From Patescibacteria group bacterium (GTDB taxonomy: Bacteria > Patescibacteriota > Patescibacteriia > 2-01-FULL-39-33): a stretch of DNA of 32,000 bases. The translations under genes were made by a program, and so were the position numbers. Below are positions 1 through 9,373 of this stretch, piece by piece. Positions within the stretch are counted from its first letter, which is position 1, and each line of letters opens with the position of its first letter. The notes under the pieces are model-generated. The model worked only from the letters and a program-made list of their open reading frames with translations. It ran no database searches and was not told the origin of the DNA. The stretch spans positions 60,001 through 92,000 of the forward strand of contig JBAZMW010000004.1 of the NCBI GenBank assembly GCA_041649575.1, read 5' to 3'.

Positions 1-1100
1 AGTAAGGCTGAGTCAGGACTAAAAAATACTTCTGTTTCGCCATTGGCTATCGCTAAATCAATTAAGTGCTGGGGAGGACGAATTTTATCTTCAATAGAAT
101 CTATCTCTTGATTTAAACGGCAAATTTCATCAAAGTCTGACTCATCAGCGACATAAAGACCATGACGAGATTCCCAAGCGTAAATTCTGCCACTTAAAAT
201 AAAAGGTCGACGATTATTGTGCCTTGACTCTAGTAGTTCACCTTTTTCAAAATGGTTATATATTTCCTGAGCTCGCATTTTTAAAAAATAACTGCCCTCG
301 TTTTTTTCTATGGCTTCCTTTAAAACCATTATAACTTTAGAGCCAGCTTTCTCGGAAAAAGAATAGTCCTGAGAAACCTCACATAGCCTCCTAATAAACT
401 CTAAAAAAACAGCGGTACGAGAAAAATTCTTACTATTGGAAAAATCTAAATTATCAACTAAAACCTGATCATAAAGTTCGCTAAAAAAAGAATAGGCGTA
501 GTTTAAACCATGCAGAACCTCGCTCTCCAAATCCGCGTCAGTGTCTGGCCGACAAATTAAATCCACTAAGCCTTCTATAAAAATGTCTGGGCGTATTGTC
601 TGGGGATCCTGAAAAAGATACTGAAAAAATTTTCTACTAGCACTCGGGCTCTGGTGGTGAGTTTTAATAACAGCTTTAAAGGTCTTGTCAGCTATAGATT
701 CATCTTTGGAGCCGTCCCTTTTAAAATCTCCGTGAAGCTGAAGCGCGCAATTCAAGTCCATCGCCAGAAGATCTTGCTCTGCCTCTGGCCTATCCTCGAT
801 TAAGGATAAACCCCTACTAATTATCGCCTCTACTATCTCTGGTGGCAATAAGTGTCTCTGACTATTTTGCTCTAATTCTGGCAGTAGCTTCTTAAAAAAA
901 TAGTCAAATGGCAGGGAATTAATTAAAACCAGTGCCTGATTTTTTTTAGTCTGATCTACAGGGGTTGTTTCTTGTCTATCCGCTATAGATAGCAACAAAC
1001 CCCTGCCCACCAAATAGTCAAACAAATTTTCTTCAAATTTTGACTCTTTTTGATCAGAACTTGCTTCAGCTTTATTTGCTATTTTTTTTTCGCCTTCCAT
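1..1100 (-). CDS. hypothetical protein, C-terminal part runs off the left edge of the window
   Basis: Manual minus-strand translation from ATG at 1100 (MEGEKKIANKAEASSDQKESKFEENLFDYLVGRG...) appears open to the window edge. It is absent from the supplied ORF track, probably because it has no stop inside the window. No family recognised. Confidence 0.7.
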   Translation of the reverse strand, partial: MEGEKKIANKAEASSDQKESKFEENLFDYLVGRGLLLSIADRQETTPVDQTKKNQALVLINSLPFDYFFKKLLPELEQNSQRHLLPPEIVEAIISRGLSLIEDRPEAEQDLLAMDLNCALQLHGDFKRDGSKDESIADKTFKAVIKTHHQSPSASRKFFQYLFQDPQTIRPDIFIEGLVDLICRPDTDADLESEVLHGLNYAYSFFSELYDQVLVDNLDFSNSKNFSRTAVFLEFIRRLCEVSQDYSFSEKAGSKVIMVLKEAIEKNEGSYFLKMRAQEIYNHFEKGELLESRHNNRRPFILSGRIYAWESRHGLYVADESDFDEICRLNQEIDSIEDKIRPPQHLIDLAIANGETEVFFSPDSAL

Positions 1101-1103
1101 ATT

Positions 1104-3866
1104 TTATTTCCCTATTTTTTCCGCCTCGGCTAATTTGAGCGACAAGAGCCGAGAAACACCGTCGCCTTGCATAGTGACACCATAAAGCACATTGGCGCGC
1201 GACATAATGGCCCGATTGTGGGTGATGACGATAAATTGAGTTTTATGGGCCAGCTCCTCGATGATATCGCTGAACTTGGCGGAGTTGTTTTCGTCCAGAG
1301 CCGCGTCTACCTCGTCAAAAAGAATGAAAGGCGAGGGATTGTTGGCAATGATGGCGCAAATTAAGGCCAGGGCGGTCATGGTTTTTTCCCCGCCGGAAAG
1401 CACGCTGACGCTTTTAATTTTTTTGCCTGGCGGACAGGCTTCGATATCAATGCCTATATTGGCCAAGAAAGATTTATCCTCGGGACAAACCTCTTTTTTT
1501 TCTGGGGTAGCTTCTTTTAGCTCCTCTGCCGCCGTATTTTCTGGCAACGGAACAGAATTTTTCTGGGCGATTTCTTCGCGGATTATTTCGGCTTCGGTTT
1601 GTTCTTCCTGTTTCTGCGTCAAAACCAATTTGGCGCCGCCGCCATCGAACAACTTTTTGAAATAACGCGAAAAATCCTGATTGATTCTTTTAAATTCTTC
1701 TTCGAATTGCTTTTTAATTAATTTGTCCAACTCCACCACCACCTTCTCCAAGTCTTTGATGGCTTTTTTCAGGTCGTCGCTTTGCTGACTAAGAAAATCA
1801 TAACGAGTTTTGACTTCCTCATATTCTTTTTCCACCTCCGGATCGGTGCCGCCAATCAGTTCCAACTGTTTTTTGAGCCGGCTGATTTTCAAAGACAGTT
1901 CGCCAATGTTGATATTTTTCAAACTACTGTCGACTTTGGGCCGATAGTCCTGGCCCAAATCTTGCCGCATGGCGGAAAAAAGGTCTTCTTTTTTGGTTTC
2001 TACCTTGGCCAATTCCACCCGCACCTCATTAAAGGCCAAATTGACTTTATTTAATTCCAATTGCAATTGGTGCATCTTTTCCTGCAGAATAAAAACTTCT
2101 TGTTTTTTGCTTTCCTCGGCTTCATTAAAGCTATCGATTTGCTCTTTAACTTCCGCCAATGATTTTTCGGTTTTGGCCAACTGGCTTTCTAATTCCTTTT
2201 TCTCTGCCGCCAGCCCTTTGGCCAGCTCGTCCTGATCTTTGGGGGCTAGCTGGTTTTTGGCCAGTTGTTCGGCGGTTTTATTCAGCTCGGACTCCAATTC
2301 TCCTACTTTATTCCGGAGAGAATTCTTTTGGGAAAGCGCCACTTCGACTTTAATTTTTATCTCGTTAATTTCGTTGACCAAGAGGTCTTTATCTTTCAAA
2401 AAACCTGACAGTTGATTTTGCAGAGCGGCAATCTCTTGTGACTGCTCCTGACGGTTGGCGCTGGAGAGACGCTGATAAAAAACTTCCATCTCCGCGAACA
2501 GATTATCGGCTTCGCGTTTCAAGTCTTCCAAAACTTCCAGGGTGGCAGTCCGCCTCAATTTATTAGTGAAATCACGCTGCAACAGATAGATGCGATTGAC
2601 GGTTTGGCGGATTTCTTTTTCGGAAATACCCAATTCGCTCTGAAATTCTTTTTGTAATTTCAATAAATTATCCTCCAACTCCCTGAATTCGCTCAAAACC
2701 ATTTCTTGCCGCGATCGCTTGCCGTTTAAATCCTCTTGCCAGCGCTTAATTTGTTTTTCTTGATCAGCGATCTGAACGCCAAAATTTTTAAGCTGCGCGT
2801 TTAATTCGTCCTGACGCCTTTCGAGCCAAGACAAGTCCTGCCGACCGACTTTCAGATATTCCACATCCAATTTGCCTTTGACTTCCGCCAGTGACTGGAG
2901 CAAAGAGTTTCTTAAAGCCAGCTTTTGATCGTAATCGTTTTGCAATTTATTGAACTCTTCTGCCCGTCCGCGCTGACGACCGATTTCTTCCAATTGCCTG
3001 TGTAGTAAGTCTATTTCCCGCTCCAGCCGCATGCCGCTTTTTTCTTTTTCGGTAAAAGAGCGGGCCAGCTCCTGATAACTAGCGTCTAAATCAAGCCAGA
3101 GGTGGCCGTAATAGTTCATTTGCCATTGCCGCAATTCTTTTTCTATCTCTTTGCGTTTTTGCAAACGATTGACCTGGCGCGTCAGTGATTTCAGGTGCGG
3201 CTCCAGCTCAACCAACAACCCCTTGACCTGTTCGATGTTTTCCCTGGATTTTTTTAGCTTACCAACCGAACGGTCGCGCTTGAGCTGAAACTGCTTGACA
3301 CCGGTCGCCTCATCAAAAAATTCTTTTCTTTCCTGGGTCGAATAGTTAACCAAACGATCAACCATGCCTTGGCCGATGATACTATAGGTATTTTGGCCAA
3401 AGTTGGCTTTGGCCAAAAATATAATAATATCAAACAGCCGCACTTCATTTTTATTGAGTAAATATTGAGAGGAAGCGTCACGATAAATTTTTCTGGTAAT
3501 CGCCACTTCGGCATAGTCCACCGGAGCCGATTTGTCTTCATTGTTTAAATGCAGAGAAACTTCGGCCAAGCTCATTTGGGATCTGTTGGAGGAACCGGAA
3601 AAAATCACGTCGGTCGATTTTTTGCCACGCAGCAGCTTCAGCGACTGTTCGCCCAAAACCCAGCGCACGGCGTCAACCACATTGGACTTGCCCGAGCCAT
3701 TAGGGCCGACGATGGCTGTGACGCCGCAAATGCCTCGCGGCAACTGTCCGGTCCGCGACGAAAGGTGTGGGGCGATTTGGCAGCCCTGGCCGGGCGTGGG
3801 AAATTCCAACACCGTCTTTTGGGCAAAAGATTTGAATCCTTGGAGTTCGATACGCTGAAGATACAT
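1104..3866 (-). CDS. smc: SMC-family chromosome segregation ATPase, short and apparently hinge-less
   Basis: N-terminal FKSFAQKT...AIVGPNGSGKSNVVDAVRWVLGEQSLKLLRGKKSTDVIFSGS (Walker A), long coiled coil, C-terminal SVSVLSGGEKTMTALALICAI...PSPFILFDEVDAALDENN (signature, Walker B), and THNRAIMSRANVLYGVTMQGDGVSRLLSLKL. Length is 920 aa against roughly 1150-1200 aa for typical bacterial SMC. Confidence 0.95.
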   Translation of the reverse strand: MYLQRIELQGFKSFAQKTVLEFPTPGQGCQIAPHLSSRTGQLPRGICGVTAIVGPNGSGKSNVVDAVRWVLGEQSLKLLRGKKSTDVIFSGSSNRSQMSLAEVSLHLNNEDKSAPVDYAEVAITRKIYRDASSQYLLNKNEVRLFDIIIFLAKANFGQNTYSIIGQGMVDRLVNYSTQERKEFFDEATGVKQFQLKRDRSVGKLKKSRENIEQVKGLLVELEPHLKSLTRQVNRLQKRKEIEKELRQWQMNYYGHLWLDLDASYQELARSFTEKEKSGMRLEREIDLLHRQLEEIGRQRGRAEEFNKLQNDYDQKLALRNSLLQSLAEVKGKLDVEYLKVGRQDLSWLERRQDELNAQLKNFGVQIADQEKQIKRWQEDLNGKRSRQEMVLSEFRELEDNLLKLQKEFQSELGISEKEIRQTVNRIYLLQRDFTNKLRRTATLEVLEDLKREADNLFAEMEVFYQRLSSANRQEQSQEIAALQNQLSGFLKDKDLLVNEINEIKIKVEVALSQKNSLRNKVGELESELNKTAEQLAKNQLAPKDQDELAKGLAAEKKELESQLAKTEKSLAEVKEQIDSFNEAEESKKQEVFILQEKMHQLQLELNKVNLAFNEVRVELAKVETKKEDLFSAMRQDLGQDYRPKVDSSLKNINIGELSLKISRLKKQLELIGGTDPEVEKEYEEVKTRYDFLSQQSDDLKKAIKDLEKVVVELDKLIKKQFEEEFKRINQDFSRYFKKLFDGGGAKLVLTQKQEEQTEAEIIREEIAQKNSVPLPENTAAEELKEATPEKKEVCPEDKSFLANIGIDIEACPPGKKIKSVSVLSGGEKTMTALALICAIIANNPSPFILFDEVDAALDENNSAKFSDIIEELAHKTQFIVITHNRAIMSRANVLYGVTMQGDGVSRLLSLKLAEAEKIGK

Positions 3867-3978
3867 TCAAATAAATTTAACTTTTATTAAATCGGGCTTT
3901 AATCGCCTTGATAGTTTAAAGATTAAACTATAAAAAACCGGAGTTGTTCCTTTTATCTATTCTAACAGAAAATTCAAC

Positions 3979-4007
3979 TTGACAAAATAGCTGAAACAAT
4001 ATATAAT
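3979..4007 (+). promoter_or_regulatory. consensus sigma70-type promoter for the NYN-domain gene
   Basis: TTGACA (3979-3984), 17-nt spacer, TATAAT (4002-4007). Confidence 0.75.
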
Positions 4008-4081
4008 GCCGGAGTTGCCCGAGAACTGTTCTTGGCCGCAGCATTAAACCGTGGAGAAGTTTTGGAGGAGGGAAGACGCCC

Positions 4082-4921
4082 ATGGCAATATCCGCCAACA
4101 ATGGCGCCAACTCAATGCCAGCGCCGCTACTAGAAAGGCAGGAAGCGGTACTTAAGTTCTTTCCCAACAGAAAGCCGTCATCCAGACTTGATAGCAGCCC
4201 GTCTATCTCTGGACACGAAGGCATCGTGGTCTTTCCTGACAAGGAGCTTGGGCGAGCGATCGCTTCACAATGCTTGGTTGGCAAGAGTCTGCAGATCATG
4301 CTACAAGTCTACAAAACCGCAAGAGGGACCCACGTCTGGACCGCCAGCAAACACCCCCGAAAGAATCTGGTACTTCAAACCGCCGACCTTGGCGGAAAAG
4401 AAGTGGCGGTCATCATCGACGGGCAAAACCTGCTGGGGTCCATGAGACGACTCGGGCTGAAGTCAATGGTTGACACTATTAGCAGGGTTCTGCGACCATT
4501 CAGGCCGAAGCTTATCAATCTTTACCTGGGAGCCAACGACCTTATACAACTACTTCCCGCTGACAGGACAGCACTCCATTCCGGCGCAAGGATTGGTGAA
4601 ACGCAGTTGACACTCTTCACTGTGGAGACTCGGCGCGTGGCCGACGATAACGGTACCAGAATGAAGAACAATATCGACGGCAGTATACTGCCGATCCTGG
4701 GAGAGCTGACAAACGACAGATCTTGCGAAGGCCTAATACTCTTTACGGGCGACAAGGATTTCAGCACCGGCGTGGAGCTTTGGATGGGTATTGGCGAACA
4801 ATCACACCGCCCGGGCAGACCGGCCATTGTGGTCTCGGCCGATCCCATGCTTAGCACCGAACTGCGAGAGGCCATGAACCACCCCAGAGGGAACCTGATC
4901 TTTTTGGAAGACCTGTGTTGA
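4082..4921 (+). CDS. NYN/PIN-like domain protein with an unassigned N-terminal region
   Basis: EVAVIIDGQNLLGSMRRLG, NNIDGSILPILGEL and EGLILFTGDKDFSTGVELWMG match the spaced acidic motifs of NYN (LabA/DUF88-like) domains. A purine-rich GGAGGAGGG SD-like sequence lies just upstream. Confidence 0.75.
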   Translation: MAISANNGANSMPAPLLERQEAVLKFFPNRKPSSRLDSSPSISGHEGIVVFPDKELGRAIASQCLVGKSLQIMLQVYKTARGTHVWTASKHPRKNLVLQTADLGGKEVAVIIDGQNLLGSMRRLGLKSMVDTISRVLRPFRPKLINLYLGANDLIQLLPADRTALHSGARIGETQLTLFTVETRRVADDNGTRMKNNIDGSILPILGELTNDRSCEGLILFTGDKDFSTGVELWMGIGEQSHRPGRPAIVVSADPMLSTELREAMNHPRGNLIFLEDLC

Positions 4922-4942
4922 AACCAGTCTGCGCTATAACAC

Positions 4943-4979
4943 CCGGCCGACTCTGGCAAGAGTCTGGCCGATTTTTTTT
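4943..4979 (+). terminator. Rho-independent terminator
   Basis: CGGCC-GACTCT-GGCA-AGAGTC-T-GGCCG stem-loop followed by a long T run. Confidence 0.85.
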
Positions 4980-5056
4980 ATTAAAAAACGCCAAGACAAT
5001 CTAAATTCCGAAGCCTGACTTAAAATTTGTAAATTCCTGAATTTCAACTAAAATGC

Positions 5057-5062
5057 TATAAT
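5057..5062 (+). promoter_or_regulatory. extended -10-like element upstream of polA
   Basis: TGCTATAAT about 25 nt upstream of the polA ATG; no convincing -35. Confidence 0.4.
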
Positions 5063-5087
5063 ACAGCCAATTAAGCAACCAATAGCT

Positions 5088-7988
5088 ATGACAAACAAAA
5101 AACAGAGGCTGGTTATCGTTGACAGCAATGCTCTGATTCATCGCGCTTTCCATGCCTTGCCACCACTCTCCAACAAAGAAGGCCAATTGACCAATGCGGT
5201 CTATGGCTTCACTATGATTTTAATCAAAGCCATCAAAGACTTAAAACCAGATTATTTGGCTGCCTGCTTTGATTTAAAAGGCAAAACTTTCCGCCACGAG
5301 GCCTATGATCAATACAAGGCCACCAGGATAAAACAGCCCGACGAACTCTACCAGCAAATTCCCATCGTCAAAGAGGTTTTAGAGGCTTTCAAAATTCCTG
5401 TTTTCGAAAAAGAGGGGCTGGAAGCCGACGATTTAATCGGCACCATCGCTCACTTAAAATCTGTTGACCGTCCGGACATCGAAACCATTATCGTCACCGG
5501 CGACCAAGACACTCTGCAGCTTGTCGACTATAATACCAAGGTGCTAACGCCGCATAAAGGCATGAGCGAAACCATCCTTTATGGCGAGGATGAGGTAAAA
5601 GGAAAATTCGGCGGCCTGGAGCCCAAACAACTAATTGATTATAAAGGGCTACGTGGCGACGCCTCTGATAACATTCCAGGAGTCAGGGGTATTGGTGAAA
5701 AAGGAGCCATTGAACTTTTGCGAGAGTTTGGCAGCGTGGAGAATGTTTACAAAAACATTAAATCCAAAAAAATTAAAGAACGAACGCGCGAGCTGCTTTT
5801 GGCCAACAAAGACACGGCGCTATTATCGAAAAGGCTGGCGACCATAGTTTTGGACGCTCCGATAAAATTCGAATTGGAAAACTGCCGCTTTAGCGGCTTT
5901 GATAAAAATGCCGTGGTAGATATTTTTCAAAAATTAAACTTCAAACGACTACTGGCGCAACTAGCCACACTTTTAAAAAATGACCCTGCGACAACAATAG
6001 GGCAAGGAAATTTATTTTCCCAGATGTCATTCCGAGGAGTCCAGTCATTACACCGACTAGACGACGTTGGCCTGCCTGCCGGCAAGGCAGGGATCCCGTC
6101 TAATATTGAAAAAGATGGGATTGCCGCGGTCGCTCCGCTCCCTCGCAATGACAATAAAAAAATCGGCCGGCAAAATTATCAGTTGGTTGATGAGGAAAAA
6201 ACCGCCAAAAAATTCTTAACTGAACTGAAAAGGCAGCGCGAGTTTTGTTTTGATACCGAAACCACCGGACTGGATCCTTTTCAGAACAAACTACTGGGAA
6301 TCAGTTTTTGTTGGCAGGAAGGCGAGGCTAGTTATTTGACAGTCAGGATTATTAAAAACAATCTTAAAGAGCTAAAAAAAATATTTGAGAACAAAAATGT
6401 AAAAAAAATCGGCCATAATCTAAAATATGATATTGAGATTTTGGAAAAAAGCGGCCTAAAGACCAATAGGCTTCACTTCGACACCATGATCGCTTCCTAT
6501 GTTTTGAACCCCGGCGGCCGCCAGCATAATTTAGACACGCTGGCTTTCGTTGAACTGGGATACCAAATGCAACCGATAGAGGAGTTGATCGGCAAGGGAC
6601 GAGGCCAAATATCCATGGCCGAAGTGCCAATAGACAAAGTTTGTTGGTATTCTTGCGAAGATGCCGATCTGACTTTTAGACTGTACCAGAAACTGAAGCA
6701 AGAGCTGGGTGAGCAAGGCACGGAGGGCCTGTTGGAAAACCTGGAAATGCCGCTGGTGGAGGTTTTGGCGACAATAGAAACTAACGGCGTTAAAATTAAT
6801 GACAAAATTTTAAAAAAATTAAGTGATGATTTCGCCAAAAAAATTTCTGCCATAGAAAAAAATACCTGGAAGCTAGTTGGAGAAAAATTCAATTTGGCCT
6901 CGCCGTTACAATTAAAACAAATACTGTTTAAAAAACTAAAAATTGACGGGGCTGGGCTGGCTAAAACAAAAACTGGCATTTCCACCGGCGCGGCAGAACT
7001 GGAAAAACTGGCTGCTTGGTTCAGAGAAAACAAGGCGGACGAAAAAAAACTCAAGGTTATAAATTTACTTCTTGAATTTCGCGAGTTATCAAAATTGAAA
7101 TCAACTTATCTGGACGCCTTGCCGGCTCTAATAAATAAGGTTGACGGCCGGGTCCATACCAGCTTTAACCAAACCGTGACAGCCACCGGTCGCCTATCGT
7201 CCAGCGAGCCAAACCTGCAAAATATTCCTATTCGCACAGAAACTGGCGGACCAATAAGACGCGCTTTCATCGCCGAGCGGGGCTACAAAATAATGAAAGC
7301 CGACTATTCGCAAATCGAATTGCGTATTGTCGCCTCACTGGCCAATGACAAAAAAATGTTAAAAATTTTTGAGAGCGGCGGCGACATTCATACCAGCACC
7401 GCGGCTTTTATCCACGGCATCAAACCCGAAGAGGTGACCAAAGAAATCAGGCGTACCGCCAAGGAAGTTAATTTTGGTGTCCTCTATGGCATGGGTGCCT
7501 GGGGGCTCTCGCAACGCACCGGCATTTCCAACACGGAAGCGCAAAAATTTATCAGCAAATACTTTTCTACTTTTAAAGAAGTGAAAAAATGGCTGGATGA
7601 AACCATTGAGCTTGCCAAAGAACGCGGCTACGTGGAAACGCTTTACGGCCGCCGGCGCTACTTACCGGAAATCAATTCGGGCGTCAGCCAGGTACGCAGC
7701 GGCGCCGAACGCATGGCGGTCAACATGCCCATTCAGGGCACAGCCGCCGACTTAATAAAACTAGCGATGATCAAAATTCATAAAAATTTGCCCCATATCA
7801 GCCCTAAAGCCAAAATAATCCTGCAGGTGCATGACGAGTTGGTTTTTGAGGTGCCGGAAAAAGACATTAAAAAAGTGGCAAAGTTTGTCAGGGAAAAAAT
7901 GAGCTCGGTCATTAGGTTGCGCGCTCCGATTGAAGTAGAGGTCTCCGCCGGCGACAATTGGGGTGAGACCCGGGAAATAAATTTATGA
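5088..7988 (+). CDS. polA: DNA polymerase I (5' nuclease + 3'-5' exonuclease + polymerase)
   Basis: LVIVDSNALIHRAFHALPPL 5'-nuclease start; FCFDTETTGLDP exonuclease motif; KADYSQIELRIVASL, RRTAKEVNFGVLYGMGAWGLS and LQVHDELVFEV polymerase motifs. Confidence 0.98.
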   Translation: MTNKKQRLVIVDSNALIHRAFHALPPLSNKEGQLTNAVYGFTMILIKAIKDLKPDYLAACFDLKGKTFRHEAYDQYKATRIKQPDELYQQIPIVKEVLEAFKIPVFEKEGLEADDLIGTIAHLKSVDRPDIETIIVTGDQDTLQLVDYNTKVLTPHKGMSETILYGEDEVKGKFGGLEPKQLIDYKGLRGDASDNIPGVRGIGEKGAIELLREFGSVENVYKNIKSKKIKERTRELLLANKDTALLSKRLATIVLDAPIKFELENCRFSGFDKNAVVDIFQKLNFKRLLAQLATLLKNDPATTIGQGNLFSQMSFRGVQSLHRLDDVGLPAGKAGIPSNIEKDGIAAVAPLPRNDNKKIGRQNYQLVDEEKTAKKFLTELKRQREFCFDTETTGLDPFQNKLLGISFCWQEGEASYLTVRIIKNNLKELKKIFENKNVKKIGHNLKYDIEILEKSGLKTNRLHFDTMIASYVLNPGGRQHNLDTLAFVELGYQMQPIEELIGKGRGQISMAEVPIDKVCWYSCEDADLTFRLYQKLKQELGEQGTEGLLENLEMPLVEVLATIETNGVKINDKILKKLSDDFAKKISAIEKNTWKLVGEKFNLASPLQLKQILFKKLKIDGAGLAKTKTGISTGAAELEKLAAWFRENKADEKKLKVINLLLEFRELSKLKSTYLDALPALINKVDGRVHTSFNQTVTATGRLSSSEPNLQNIPIRTETGGPIRRAFIAERGYKIMKADYSQIELRIVASLANDKKMLKIFESGGDIHTSTAAFIHGIKPEEVTKEIRRTAKEVNFGVLYGMGAWGLSQRTGISNTEAQKFISKYFSTFKEVKKWLDETIELAKERGYVETLYGRRRYLPEINSGVSQVRSGAERMAVNMPIQGTAADLIKLAMIKIHKNLPHISPKAKIILQVHDELVFEVPEKDIKKVAKFVREKMSSVIRLRAPIEVEVSAGDNWGETREINL

Positions 7989-8935
7989 TTTTCTTCCTCT
8001 ATGGCACGGATCATTACCGCGTCAAAGAAAAACTGAAAGAATTAAAACAAGGTTTCACCCAAAAACGCGATGAGACCGGCTTGAACGTAATCAATTTAAA
8101 CGGCGAGAATTTAGAGGCCGATCAGCTGCGGCAAGAAGCGCTGGCCACGCCTTTTTTGGGCGAGAAAAAAATGATTATTGTCAAAAACGTTTTAGCCAAC
8201 AAAAAACAGGCCAGGGCTATAATTGAGTTTTTAAAAAATTATGAAGAAAAAATTGACAATATTCTTTGTTTTATCGACCTTTTAGACGAAGTAAAATCAA
8301 CGCGTCAGACAAAAGCCGAGAACGCCAACGCCTTATTTCAATATTTGACCAAACAAAAATTTCACTGGCAATTCAACCTCATGAACAACCTGGAAGTCGA
8401 GCGCTGGCTAAAAAAATATTTAGAAGACAAAAAAATACTCATGGAAAAAACCGCCAGTCAGCAACTGGTTGCTGCTGTCGGCAATAACCTGGATAGCCTA
8501 ATTTTGGAGCTTGGCAAACTGGCCGCCTACAGAAATGGTCAAATCATCACCAACGCTGATATAAAAGAATTAGTCCGAGCCAAATTTGACGAAAATATTT
8601 TTAACCTGGTTGACGCCCTGGGACACAAAGACAAAAAGCTGGCCCTAAAACTAACTAGCAACCAGTTACGGAGCGGCAATTCCCCTCTGGCCATTTTTAA
8701 TATGATGGCCAGGCAATTTAAAATCTTACTTCAGGTTAAAACGGAAAAGGCCACAGCCAACAGCTTAAAGCTCCATCCCTTTGTTTTTAAAAAGGCGCGG
8801 GATCAGTCGCAAAAATTTACAAAAAATCAACTGCTGAAAATTTATCAGGAACTGGTGGCGCTGGAAGCGCGGTTAAAATCCGGCACCAAAAATCCCGAAT
8901 TATTATTTGACCTGTTTATTATGAACATGCGCTGA
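7985..8935 (+). CDS. holA: DNA polymerase III subunit delta
   Basis: MIFFLYGTDHYRVKEKLKELKQGF..., GEKKMIIVKNVL, GNSPLAIFNMMARQFKILLQVK; overlaps the polA stop by 4 nt. Confidence 0.85.
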   Translation: MIFFLYGTDHYRVKEKLKELKQGFTQKRDETGLNVINLNGENLEADQLRQEALATPFLGEKKMIIVKNVLANKKQARAIIEFLKNYEEKIDNILCFIDLLDEVKSTRQTKAENANALFQYLTKQKFHWQFNLMNNLEVERWLKKYLEDKKILMEKTASQQLVAAVGNNLDSLILELGKLAAYRNGQIITNADIKELVRAKFDENIFNLVDALGHKDKKLALKLTSNQLRSGNSPLAIFNMMARQFKILLQVKTEKATANSLKLHPFVFKKARDQSQKFTKNQLLKIYQELVALEARLKSGTKNPELLFDLFIMNMR

Positions 8936-8957
8936 TACAGATAATAATGATTACTTT

Positions 8958-8980
8958 AAAAGCCCCGTTAAGGGGCTTTT
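8958..8980. terminator. bidirectional terminator between holA and rpsT
   Basis: AAAAGCCCC-GTTAA-GGGGCTTTT between convergent genes. Confidence 0.85.
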
Positions 8981-8981
8981 G

Positions 8982-9248
8982 TTATTTTAGCATTTTACTG
9001 AGTTTTTTCATTAACCTCGACTTCTTGCGAGCGCCGGTATTCTTTTTGATAATTTTTTGCTGCATTGCCTTGTCAATCGCCTTAACGGCTGCTTTAATTT
9101 TTTGTACCGCCGAATCCTTTTCTTGTTTGAGGATAAATTTCTGCGATTTTTTAACTAAATCCCTGATTGCGGTTTTGGCCTTCAGATTTCTGGCCAACTT
9201 TTTTTTGCTTTGGCGCAGGGCTTTAATAGCTGATTTTTTTATGGGCAT
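8982..9248 (-). CDS. rpsT: 30S ribosomal protein S20
   Basis: MPIKKSAIKALRQSKKKLARNLKAKTAIRDLVKK..., basic 88-aa S20-like protein. Confidence 0.93.
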   Translation of the reverse strand: MPIKKSAIKALRQSKKKLARNLKAKTAIRDLVKKSQKFILKQEKDSAVQKIKAAVKAIDKAMQQKIIKKNTGARKKSRLMKKLSKMLK

Positions 9249-9311
9249 AACAAAAAGATTTATTTTTTACGCAAACGGTTGACAAATTGACTATAACACA
9301 AAAAATTTTTT

Positions 9312-9341
9312 TTGACAAGCGGCTTTTGTTTAAGCTAGAAT
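9312..9341 (+). promoter_or_regulatory. sigma70-like promoter for bactofilin gene
   Basis: TTGACA, 18-nt spacer, TAGAAT. Confidence 0.55.
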
Positions 9342-9373
9342 TAATCAGTAATAACAAATAACTTGCCGCTTAT

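Noticed and set aside
1167-3858. Plus-strand and alternate-frame ORFs inside smc (for example 1261-1665, 3254-3541, 3532-3858)
   Set aside because: They are antisense or shifted frames of a strongly conserved gene; no independent coding signal.
4188-4959. Overlapping ORFs 4188-4445, 4270-4473 and 4522-4959 around the NYN gene
   Set aside because: They are alternative frames of a GC-rich gene with no family motifs, against a clear NYN protein in frame 4082-4921.
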